This document shows, one piece after another, positions 13,301 to 32,600 of a stretch of DNA of 64,000 bases. Positions within the stretch are counted from its first letter, which is position 1, and every line of letters begins with the position of its first letter. The notes under the pieces are model-generated. The model saw only the letters and a program-made list of their open reading frames with translations. It was not told the DNA's origin and made no database searches. Source of the stretch: Balanoglossus misakiensis (lineage: Eukaryota > Animalia > Hemichordata); assembly GCA_040954595.2 (NCBI GenBank), contig CM082583.2:7934849-7998848 (forward strand). Direction: 5' to 3'. A program made the position numbers and the translations under genes.

Positions 13301-16300
13301 GAACGGACGTTGGACAGTTGGCTAATACTAAGAGATGTTACCTGTGGATCTTGGTGTCGTTGTAATTGTTATTGGGGGTTTGTTCGTATTTTCGAAGAAT
13401 GGCCAGTACGGAAAGAGCGACATAATAGGGAAAGTTAAACATATGCTTGGAGAGAACAACATAAGAAATGGCGAAATAGCTGCTTCGAATTCGCCGCTCC
13501 CTTTTCCACGAAGTCTTTGTTTGTCAGCACAGAAATTATTTCAAATTTAATTTAAAAATAAATGTGAAACAAACATAATGTCCCCCAGTAGGATAACAAC
13601 ATCCAATTAAGTTACCATATAATTGCCTCGTGTTACTTATACGTGGGCACGATTCCCTCGAAAACAGTGTCACCGTCAGAGTCAACGTGACTGATTAGGC
13701 GCGGTAAAATATTGTGGATTCATGTTAAAATGCGGACCACCCATACAAAGGAAAGTCATCACCTTGAGACTCTTAATTATTCTTCTCTCGCGAGAGAAAA
13801 GTTACGTGGCCGTTTTACAACAACAAAAAAACGGTCGTCAGAATGATTGTGTCGTTTTGCTTTTGCAACACAATGAGCTGACGATAACGCGTAATAGCTC
13901 TGAAGTTACAGGGCGGGATCACCAGCGCGGTTCTGAAGGCAAAGATATGAAGAGAAAAAAAAACCTAAAACATGGCGCGAAACACTAGGGAGGCGATCTT
14001 TTTAAAAAGCAAGCGTGAAGTGGTTTCCCCCTTCATACAAATCAGTATGCTGTTTGAACTTTTTATGCTGTGCGTCCGCCCGGAGCGAATTTCGGCGAGC
14101 CATCATTACCATAAAACGGCAAACTCATTACAAACAAAACGGAATATTACACGTAATCAACTAGGCAAATAACCTGCCAGGTATCGCTGGATTATCGCGT
14201 CGTCATCGTTTTCGGAGACGACTGTACTGTTCATTCTCGCCCGCGCAAAAAAAAGACTGTCGGGCTAAGGAGAATCCAGCGAGCTCTTCCCCAGGTTGTC
14301 ATGGTAACCAGGAAATGAAACAGACACATATTCTTAAAGTACGTTCAGTGGTATTGGTGACAAAGAGCCTTTCTTTCTCTGTGGCGTACCAATCTCAAAT
14401 GGTCGCTTTTTATATATCTCTCTCACTGATAATACACAATGTGGGGTACAGTGGATATGAGCTTAAATTATGTATGCTTTTTTGCGATAGCATCTAATCA
14501 GTAGGCGACACTATGGATGGCACTACAGATACTAGTACATCTTTTCTTCCCTGGGAGCGTCGCGGACAGGGACGTGGAGAGTTGGACAGGCGATCCAAAA
14601 CCCTCTCTTTATTTATTTTCTCCGTTCACAGTCGGTTTTCGCGTCCAAGGAGCACGGCTTTGGTGGTAAATCGTGTAAAATACTCTACAATGCTGCTGCT
14701 GTGCGTTCGAGGCGCCCGTTCTCGCAAGACAAGAGAGAGCACACCTGAATTTGACACTCCCGGGGTCCTCTTTTCTGATTGGATGAACGTGCCAAGACAC
14801 AACAAGGAGACAAATTGCCGGGGATTTGCAGCTTCTAAATACAGCTGCCCATCAGACACAACTCGGTGTTTACAACGCATTTCGAACATGACATCCATGC
14901 AGTCAATTAGAATCGTAAAATGACACGCAGCGGCTAAAACGCCCTTGATCGAACGTGTCGCTCAGAAATTCGGTGCAATATTTTTTACTTCGGAAGCGAG
15001 GTAAACTTTTGAGAACTAGCATAAATGAGGCGATCCTGCATTCTCCAAAACGCGAGATTTTTCTCGCAAACGTTAGAATTCAATGGTTTAATATTGGGTC
15101 TGTCCGATATGCTCTCGTATCTATATTGCGCCGCATCACTAATAAATTAGCGAGGTAAAAAGCGAAATTGCCTATTTACATTTACATCGGCTATTTTATA
15201 AAATGCATTGTACTTAACTATTTATTACAGGGTATATCTGAAAGCCGTATTAAAGCATATTAGCTGCGCCCTCACGTTCATTGAATAATTTATTCACGAC
15301 GCATTCAGATGCGAGTTGCATAGCAACGTATTTGCCATTTGCGGCCTCAATTTTTTCTGTCTTCTACCTGATACAAAACAGTAAAAAAAGCTCTGATAAA
15401 CAAGCGCTGTATTTCTGAGTGTCTGGAATAGTAATTATGCACATGTCAGACGGACAGTTCGACCGCAGTCAACACTGCAGAAACGTCAGACTGTGTGACC
15501 GTGCAGGTAGACTACAGTTCAAGAAATCTGGTTGACCTCCTTTCTAGAACTGCGTGGTGCGTTGCAGAGTGTTTCGAGTTGGGTTTAGCGTTCCCCCTTT
15601 TTTTGCACAGAGAACAAAAATATTATGGCTGCGTAGCTAGGTAGCCAGTAATTTTCTTGCAAAAGCAAAACAGGCCTGTGCATGCCTACGGTTGGGCTTT
15701 GATTCATGAAATCTATTTTGGGTGACGTGGGGTATCCGGGTCGAAATTTGCAAACAAGAACCAGTCCGTAAACACAGACAGACATGCACGTAGCTCGTCT
15801 TCCTACATACCTTGGGTTCAGTCAAACAGTCAGCGAAAGCGTCGAGGTGGACGGAGGTCATTGGTCGAACTGCAGTGTCTTGCTTGAGAGCTTTGCACCC
15901 AGAACACACGCTGCCCGGTTACCGGTCTAATATAAACGCAATTGCAACCCCTGCGGGCAATAGCGTTTTGCACAGCGAAGAAGGACCCTCAATTGCAGCG
16001 TGCACTGCACTTTGCATTAGTCTTGTGGACTAAATTAATATGAACTCGGCCAATTTGCATTATAATATTCAACCCTGGGAAAGAGCCAATCTCCCTCGAT
16101 GTTGTTTATCTCAGCTCGCACTCACATTGTCTTGCAGACAGCATTCACCTGTCCAATTTGCTTATTTTCCTTTCGTGTTATTGACACTTCACTTAAAAGT
16201 TCCTACGTGCTCAGCGAGATTGCTGACGTTGAATAGAAATTCGAAGTCCCTGGGACTCTCTCCTGCCTTCAACCCTTGGGGGCGCTATTGGCTCAGTCGT

Positions 16301-16399
16301 TTGGGTTAGCTGTACAAAATGTTTTCGCAGAGCCAACAACTTGTGACAAAATGGCTTTAAAAAAGCATTGTAGTCACAAATTTTAACTGTAAGTGTTAA

Positions 16400-19300
16400 T
16401 ATTTATTCTGTGAACAGAAGGATATTAGACACACTAACACAATTGTGGATGTGAATTTTTATTTGAAGTTACAAGTAAAATATATAGATATACAGTGGCT
16501 GCTAAGTTTTCTTGGAGCACAGCTCAAACTAATCCCATCTGATTATCTAAAGCCCAATACCCATGTATAATGTTATCACAATCTTGGATAATGTAAATTC
16601 TGTAATGGAAACAAACCCCAAATTATATCTTAAAACTACTGGTAATTTTGGCTGCTAGACCGATGTGCAAAATCGAGAAATCGATATAGTATTTGACATT
16701 CTGTAGTCTGTTGAAACTCTAACGATGAATTTGAATATCGGGCAAAGAGAGAGAAAGATGTGATGAAAGGGAACAAGAGAGTATGTGGAAAACTGATATT
16801 TTTATTATTATGGAGCCTGACCACTGTCAAGACGTTACTTGCATTTGATGAAACTCAGTGACAGAACATTCTCAACAGTGAATGCAAAGAAAATTAATTT
16901 TGCATAATTTGGCAAAGACAACTTTTGGCCATTGTGGTCACTTGTCATTGGTTAAATCTCACAGAAGGCACGTTTTTTTGTAATTCGTAACCATTTTTAC
17001 AGTCTTGCAGTAAATTTACGCCAATCATGTTCAAATGGTTATAACTTTCTTGCATATACAGAAACCCCTGCATGTTCTCTGGAATACTGACACAAAGTCA
17101 CCAGGTTCAAGATCCCAACACAAGTACAAAACATCTCCTGTTGCTCGTTGACTTTGTAACATCGTTTAAAGCACATTCATGCTTCACGACACACTCTGAT
17201 TATAGCATCCCTGGTAGACATAAAATTCTGCCATTTTGAATGTTGCATGATGGTTACATTTACAAAAGGTCAACTGCATCTTGAGTAACATACTACGCAG
17301 CTTATAGGCCTTCAGGGAGAAGCAAAATATGATTATTTTACAATACCTATGAAACCAGTTCGTTTTACAATGTCTCTTAGATGGACATAAAATTAACAAT
17401 ATAAGGTCAGGTCCAGCTAACCAACATCTTACTTTGCAAATGTTTAATCTTTAATATGGTGACTCGAATGGAAAACTCTGATAATCAATAACAGATATCA
17501 TGAAAGTATGATTGTAGTCACTCTGATTTTCTGAATCGGTTAGAATTGATACCACAGCTTGAAAACTAACAGAAATAAAAAAATTGTCTGGTTTCTTTTC
17601 ATTTAAAAAAATATTGAAATGGGAATGGCAATTGTACTGGCTACCTAGCTGTGAGAATACATCACAGTTTATTATTCTTTTTTAAGGTGATACTGGCTAT
17701 TTACATTTGACTATATCTTCCGAAGTGAGCTGTTCGGTTGTCTGTTTCTGCGCATTATTTCCACACACGGATCAATCCGCCATTTACACACTACTTTCAA
17801 ATAAAACTGAATGCCCTATTTTCATTTTTTCCCCACAATGATAACACACAATAGGTGAAACTAACATGGCAAGCAAAAAAGATTTCCGTTATTTTTTCCC
17901 CTCTGATGTTTGGCTGACTGGCTGACACATAATGACCATTACTTGACCAATTGCAACACACAACCCCTTCAAACCAAAGCTGACACTGGTCACTCAGCTA
18001 CTGCCATTCTGCCGTGCCAAATGTTGCCAACTTGCAAGTGTTTATAAAATATAACACGCAGCAATCCATGCAAGCAGGTTTTTCATGGAACACTTAATTA
18101 TTCATAACCAATCAGATTAGCCCTTTCATAATCATGGAGAGAACAGATTAACTCTGCCATTTTGAACAAAAATGTCAGGGATGAACTGAAGGAGATGTGA
18201 TGCCTCTTGTTGTTAATTTGTTCATCTTTCAAAATCTGGAAAACCAAAAAAAACAAAACCCTTCATCCGAACATATATAAAATTGGTCCCAGTTATACAA
18301 TATAATAGTCTGATCACTGTCTGCAACAGCGAGCAGCACTGCTGTTAACCAAAAAAACTACATTCTTGTAAATACCACCTAACTACTTTATACATAGTTC
18401 CTTTCCAAACTACACGACTAAATTATTGGCTTTTTTCCCCTCTTCAAGATTTACAAAGCAGCGCTTATATCTATTATAGAAAAATATGTGCTTGCTTCAA
18501 AAATTCTAGCACCGTAAACACTGCCTTCTATCAGGGTATCAGCTGACATGGTTAGTCCACAAATCAATTTGTTAGCCACTGTACATCTCTCAGCAAAGTC
18601 AAACTTCAACACACCAAATGTTCTTCACGAATATATATACCCAATGAGCACAAAGCAAATACCTTTTTTTGACCTGTCTGGTGTTTGAAGTGAGAAAACA
18701 CATCTGTAGTTCCCTTTTTTCTACAGATTCATAATCCATCATCAAAATGATGGACTTTCAAGCTACTTGAGACTCGATGCACGAACTTAATATGAATTTA
18801 GCGAATCTCACATCATTGCTAACAGAGACGCAAATCAAAACCACAGCTTCCATAACCCGCATTCATTTTCAATCACTTTCCATCAATACTCTTTAAAAAA
18901 ATCAATGAATAATGGAACATATTTTTTAACCTAAGTAAAAAAAGTAAAAATAAAAATGCCAAAGCATGATTGACCGGAAGACAAACATCTGACAGACATG
19001 TAAAACTCTTACTGTATTCAGCAGACTTGCATAGATACGTTGTACACAAATGCACAAACATGAACAGAAAAAAGGAAGAAATCTCATACACTTTAGATGT
19101 TGCAGTGATTGGGATTATTTCTTTTCATTAGGCCATGCACATGTGTGGTAATACATAGACAATAATTATGTTCACAGTAGCTCGTAATAGAATGAATACA
19201 AAATTTGATTTAAAAATGGTGGTCTCGCTTTTGTGGCATGATTTTTTCAAATAACATATCTCCTGATGACAATTTGATTGGGTATTTTTCAAGGGGTTTG

Positions 19301-19412
19301 TTTTTTTCATAAGTCTGATTTTAAATTTTCAAAGCTGTTCACGGTATGGAAAGATGGAGCGCATTTGCAACCTCTGCTTTGCACAGCTGTTCTGTCGCTG
19401 CAACGCTGTGTC
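16400..19412 (-). other. Probable long (~3 kb) 3' UTR of CSK
   Basis: Non-coding AT-rich stretch after the stop, with minus-strand AATAAA (TTTATT on +) near 16402 and 16458. Confidence 0.45.
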
Positions 19413-25883
<6,471 letters not shown>

Positions 25884-27384
25884 TGAGTTGCTCTGTAAAA
25901 CAACACAATATGTGGATTTTACAAGCAGCTCCGCAATCAACAGATATGTCCACTAGTACTAGCTGGATGACTTATGTCTGACAAATATAGTGTTCTAGAT
26001 ACAAAATGTCTGGTTTCAGCATTTGCAGTACACGTAGCTATATTATAACTCAAGTCTCCTATTGACACCCAGGTCAACTGTCCCTCAGTACTGATACTGA
26101 TGATTTCCCAATTTCCAAGCATCGGACACAGGGCTTACACTAATACACTGCAGAATGGACAGCACACCCACATACATCTGCCCACCTGTTGATCGTGTTT
26201 ACACAAAAAATAAATAAATAAAAAATCAAAGTTCTCCACATGTTTTATTTCCAACGAAGCCAACTCCATCATGTGCAAGTCCAGATCAAATCCCCCCCCC
26301 CCCCTTTCCAAAATGCCAATTTGCACACACATCTACATATTTCAAAGTCTCTTCCTGGAAACACAAGAATTGCTTCCTGTTCCATAAATAAAACAAACTA
26401 AAAATGTCATTTTAGTCAACTGAAACCCTTCAAAAGGCAACCAGTGTACATCTATAATGGTCATTGTAACTGAACAAATCCATTATAAGCCTTGAGTAAA
26501 TGTATACAGCCACCGGCCTAATCCATCACTACTTTCAGAATATGCCTACATGTAGTTGTTTGAATAAAACCCATGTGTCGGAGATGCAGGTGACATTATT
26601 GTTGCTTTCATTTTCACTGATTATTTTCACTGTTAATATCAACTGGTTTTGTAGCTTTCAAAAAATGATATGCACACATAAAGTCAAGTGATTTCAGTCA
26701 TAAAACATGACCACTACAGCATACTCCAGCAATAAATCAAACTTTTGAGTTGCAACACAATGATAAAAGATGTTCAGACTGCAACCTTGTTGCCTAGTAA
26801 CAGGAACGTATGACTGCTGAGGACAGCTATATACGTAGATGACAAGCAAAACTCACTTTCGACATTGTTCATGAAGATAACTGTTGTGGGCTTAGTACCG
26901 GTATTCCTTCTAATGATCTGCTTTGCTGGGAATGTTACCTGTAATCATACAGATGGAAATCACAGAAATGTACATGTGTCATATTTCTACACTAGTATTT
27001 AGAAAGGAATTTAGGTTTAAACTTGCACGTCTCTGGTCCGACGAACTGTGGATATATCATAAATTCATAAGTCACACAATGCAAGATCGTGACCGCGTAC
27101 CGATGTTCAGGTGGGTTTCCTGGACGACCTCGTACCCGGAAGTACCTTACAAAGTTACCGCTACAAATTACAGCATATGCAGCACACTTCCTCTTATGGT
27201 CGCGTTTCGTTAAAAGCCAACGAATACCAAATTATCGATAGGACCGTCAAAAATAAAGCTGAAAGTACGTATTTCAGGGGGTTCGTGGAGAATCAATCGT
27301 GTATTTCACCCCAAAACAGTACTTGGTAAAAACCGGAAGTCATCACAGATGTCAACAACACAGTACAACACCCCCCATACTCAC

Positions 27385-27441
27385 GGAAGACGTAACCCGC
27401 TGAAAGAAGACAGAAGTATGGACGAGGGTGGCAAAGGACAT
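27385..27441 (-). CDS. CSK: Candidate upstream/alternative first coding exon of CSK (MSFATLVHTSVFFQRVTSS)
   Basis: ATG at 27441, 57 nt, GTGAGT donor at 27384; joins in phase 0 to the acceptor at 25892 (SNS-MDDD...). Confidence 0.5.
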
Positions 27442-27776
27442 TTCTAAAGATCATCGAAACTAGCTTCGTTTAGCCTTTCTTTAGCTATGAGGAACCACAC
27501 ATACGGTTGAGTACACACACCTGTCGGCACTGCACACCGTGAACCTTTGCAGGAGTTCCGACAACCAGGAAGTATGTAAATAAATCGTAAAAACTGGCTC
27601 CGAGGTTAAAATATTTACCAAAGTCCCTCAGCTGGTATAACAGTTTTCCACAAATGTAAAGCTTGGGGTCTCTAGTTCGACTTTGAAGTCTTCACTTTTC
27701 CTTGAAATCACGACACTCAGTATCTGCTGCGGTAGACCCTGTCAGGTGTGTACGTACGGGTGCTCTCACTACCGAT

Positions 27777-27787
27777 CGGCCATCTTG
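27777..27787 (-). promoter_or_regulatory. YY1-type motif near the probable CSK transcription start
   Basis: CAAGATGGCCG on the minus strand in a CpG-rich stretch. ETS-type CCGGAAGT sites near 27136 and 27333; possible non-coding exon donor at 27618. Confidence 0.45.
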
Positions 27788-29621
27788 TTGAACGTAGGGG
27801 TGCTACAATTGCACGGATTGCGGTTCCCCCTAGGTAAAAATGGAAACCTGGCAGGCTGGAGTTGGATAGCGCCCCCAGGCGACGAATCATTGCTCTTCGG
27901 ACAGAAAAACGTGTCTTTTTTTATTGCTCGATCGGAATCAAATTTAAAACACGGAGATTTCATTACCACTATCGACTCTTGCACGTAGACCCATGTTAAT
28001 TAGACGGTTTGCATGGCGACGCTCAAATGTAAAATAGTGCGTCAAGACATGGAAAATTTAATTTTAACCATCTCCAGGCAGCGCGATTGGACACAGAAAG
28101 AATTTCCCATGACAGACAACAGGCACTGAACAGTACTAGTACGATCAGAGCGAAACTGGTGAATGATTGTTCAACGACACGATATGGAATTTACTGTGCA
28201 ACTTTAAATCAATGCATTAATTTGTTCAGCTGTCCGCCTGGAAGCTCAGAGAAGACTTGATATAGGGTCGGCGTGCGCATTTACTAATGAGGCTGTCGGT
28301 AATTTTTAGAAGCGTGTTCCTGATGAATCCTAGGGTCCGCCATATTCGACTAAAATGCGACTTTGAAGTGTTGTAGTTTCATATTTTATCCCTTGCGGGT
28401 TGGCACCCTCGTGCAATAACTGAATGTTTCTTGGACTACGTGTACATATGCACGTAGCTCTGTATTCATGATGGTCCTGGTTAGGCAAATTAACACCCAC
28501 GTAGCCTAGAAAACTAGTTGCTTTCACATTGTTTTTTCCGGGGGTCGGTGACCGTAATTCGGATTCATAAAGGGAAAAACCACAAGTAATAAGTAGATGT
28601 AATGATCTAGAATGTCAAGATACTCAGTTCATATTTGGTAGTGTGCGATTAATTGCGGCACTGCGAAAATTTTGTATATTATCTGAATAATCGTTTGGGA
28701 ATCATTGCTTGCAGAATTCTCTTTCCTGATTGAATCATTCCTATCATTCGCGAGTAGTCCATCAGATATGTCACTCATTATTATTAAGTCCACAATACGG
28801 AGATATGCCTCTGTTCATAATACGCAAAGCTAGCAACGTGCTTTTCCCCATTGAGCGTGTTTTTTGTTGTTGCGAGATTAGCCGGTAATAGCGGTTATTC
28901 GTCTTTCATAAAGTGTGATATCGTCCAATCATTCTTTGGCCCGGCCCGACATCCAGTCAAATAAAATTGACAACAATTAAAATGGAGGAAAATATATAGT
29001 GATCGATGAATAGTATATCAAGCGTGTGTACAATAGAGCAATTTCAATTATGCCCCTTGTCAATTTCCACTGAGAGTATAGAGTGACGTCATCAATGTGT
29101 TATCGTAATATCCCGTAGACTCATTCTATCCGCGGGTGAAATCGTTCTTATTATATAAACGATTTGACATGCCATATTTCTGCAATCATTTAGTCGGTTG
29201 TTTCTGATTCGGAGGGCAAATAACGTGATTATTTATCAGGAAGCTTAAGGGGGATGTTTTGGAACGTTAACGCGGTGTCTTAAATGGGCTGCAAGTCGCC
29301 ACAACCTGCCGAACAATGGAATAGCCCAATATAATAGTCATTCATAAACCCCCGGGAAGTGCGAGATGTCAAATCGGTTTTTAGTAGGCTAGGTTAGGCG
29401 TACAATAATCATTTACTCCGTGTCATATCAAAATATTTTCTGGCGACAAGTTGTGAGGAAAAAATTAGAACGAGGGAGGAAAGTTATCGTTGCTGTGTTA
29501 TCGCAAAAGTCTGCTCTTTGGGATTTGAACGCGTCCGTCATCAGACAACACTCCACTTCTTCGCTATTTGACTCGACTCTTAACTGTCCGTTCCACACAG
29601 ACGATTAAGAAAAAAAACAAT

Positions 29622-32600
29622 ATGGCGGGTTTCGTCAGGATTTGCCTCTTGTCGTTTCTGATGATGTCGAGTGGAATCACGATAGCCGAGGAATTTTCAT
29701 ACGATCTGCATATGCCCGACGTATCACCTCAAACGGTAAGACACATACAATCTTAATTACACAATGTCAAGAAAATGAGAAAATTCGACCAAAATCCAAG
29801 CTTTTTTTTCAACCGTTCTCATGGACTGAAAATAACATATATCTTAACTATGAGAGAAAGTTGATCTGATTGAACTATAAGATACGAAAGAAGTAAAGCA
29901 TTTATATTTTGTGGAAAATCCACTCGATTCTAATTGCAGTACGATAAAACAGTTATCACTGCAATGCAATGGGTCTCGTTGTCTCCGGGCCCGAGAATAA
30001 TTGGTTTCAGATGAGAATAAATCCCGTAAAAATACTTATATCAAGCCTGCCTGGCAGTGGGCGCTATAAAAAGACTTGATGAAAGGTACAGACAGATGCT
30101 GAACAGGCCTGAAACTCACCACGCAAGACACATCGACTGAAAAAAGAACGTTATATTAACGCGGCGTGTATTGCAGGCCATTTAATTTCCTCCGTCTTAC
30201 CGTCTTTACAAAAGAACCATTCAGAAGAACACCTATGTACTTGATTTGCGCCATTGTTCAGATGCCGGATTTCGAAGCGAAGCAGAGATGTGCGAAAATA
30301 CTAAACAGGCTGTCGACATTTGCAGTGGTCTCTCACAAGACGCATATATAGAGACCCATAATTTGTTTCTAAAATCTCACAGTGACGTCAGCTATGTGTG
30401 CCATTTTCGTGACATCTCATTTCACTTCGGCATGTGACGTAGACAATTTATCTTAAGTACTCAAAATGCAAGAACAAACTAGGCTAGTATTGAAAGGCCA
30501 GTCCTCGCTTTAACCAAACTTATTACATGCAGTATGTCACGAAGCACACCTGAACATAAAAAAGAACAGTAAGCGATTAAGTGTGTGAACATTAATCAAC
30601 AAGAACTCCAAACACGAAATATGTGCCCACACAAGTCTATCTGGGAATATGTAATAAAAAATAATCTGTTTCTCATCGATCAAATTTAATATTTTTGCGA
30701 TATTTTATTATTTGCAGCATGACACGTACTATTGCTTCGCCTCGCCGAGATTACCCGAGAAGGAAATCTTCATCAGTGAGTATACGCCTCTGGTAAATTG
30801 CTGTATGATGCGACATTGACGAGAGTTCATTTATCATGATGATTTCGGAGATCGTAACGTCATATGATGTCGTACATTCTTCGTTTTTGTATGAGTGTGT
30901 GTGCAATATGTCTGTCAGAGGAACTTCTCCTCAATACTATCATAGTTAGCTGGACACCCAGCGAATCGAACCGCAGACAGCCAGAGATAGTTACAAAACC
31001 AATGCTCAGACGCCCACCACCTACCCATAGCTAAATCTCCCCATCCGCCTATCGTCCAAACGCCGTGATCCCGAACCACACGTCATAATTGTTCATACAA
31101 TCTTGTGATGCTGGCGTTAAATATTAAACGCGAACAATAGGCCTATATTTGTGATTATGGATCGTTTAAAATTGCCCAACAAACTTATCGTAATTATCAA
31201 GGTTTTCAGAAATTATGCAACAGCGCTCTCGCCACGGCAGCTGGTCGATTTTAGAACAATACAACGTCAATGTTAACGTGTTTTCAGAAATGCAGTTGTA
31301 TTCCCTGGAGAAAACATATAATAGCAATATTTCTACGTATGTATTTCATTTATGACGGAATGATGTCTCAATAGCAATAATGCAAATATGTCGTAAGCCT
31401 TGACGCCCGGCGTAGGCCTACACACGGTCTCACAATGGTGAATCGACAGACTGGTGATACAGGCCTGCCGCCATTTTGGTGAAATCAGTGTCGAAGAAGC
31501 CGACCTCAGTGCTGTGCGAAGACATGAAAAGAACCTCTCACAAACGGCGTTCAGAGTGATCTATTAGAATTAATTTCCCCGTGCCCGATCATTCAAGTCG
31601 GATTCTACTTATTTCTGCGCTAATCACACAAATCATTTTCAATCACATTTATGTTATACATCGAAGACGTTCAATACGACTCTCTTTTGTGAAGAAAAGA
31701 TGATTTTAGAAAAACACATTTCGCGATGTCTATTATGCGCTGAGGTTACACTGGGGCGGCATGGGTAATTTAAATATTCGTCGTTGCCATGGGAATAGGG
31801 CGACATCTGTCTACGTCACCCATCGCTCGAAAAGGATTATTCATCTACTTGGGCGTCCATTTCAAAAAGCTATTAATATTGCATGTAACCGTGTTTGGTC
31901 TTCCTCGCGCCTTGAATTGGGTTACACACAAGAAAATAAAAATATTAATCTATCGAAGGTGGTTTTCAAACAAAATCTTTAGCCACGACGAGGCGATTTG
32001 AATCGCATCCTATAAACGGGCGATATTTTGAGTAAAATTGTCATTTCCTTATACATTATACGTTTGGGTCTATGAATTTCTCATGAAGATTTTGCAGTCT
32101 GTACACGACGTCGGGTAAATCACTAGAGTCGGCATAATTATCACGCGGGAATACTGCAAACAAATCTCCTGTCAATATTTCTATGGTTGTTAATATCGTG
32201 ATGGCTTTCGGGCGAATACATTAGGACGCCGTAGCGATGCACCATCATAGTGTATAGTATAAGCCTTCTTGTCGTGACTAGCACGTTGCACTATATTCTT
32301 CCGAAACGAACACAACACCGTGCCTCAATATTCAAATAAATGAAGATTTTCACTGGATTTAGGATAAAGCGAATATGCCCAAACTCGATCCATCTTAGTA
32401 TAACAAGTCACTATACATTTTATGCAAAGCATGCGTATATAGAATATGAAGCAATCACGTTTATGTTTATGATTGAAAAACTTCGAAAATTGTATTTTGT
32501 ATATAATACTGCGTCTCATTAAAATGTTCTTCTTAAATTTTCTCATATTCGAGATTCACATTGTAAAGCTTCTCCCCTGTCTTAATTTACGTGGCTACGG

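Noticed and set aside
13335-13550. 71-aa ORF with a hydrophobic N-terminus (possible small membrane protein)
   Set aside because: No splice, promoter or homology support.
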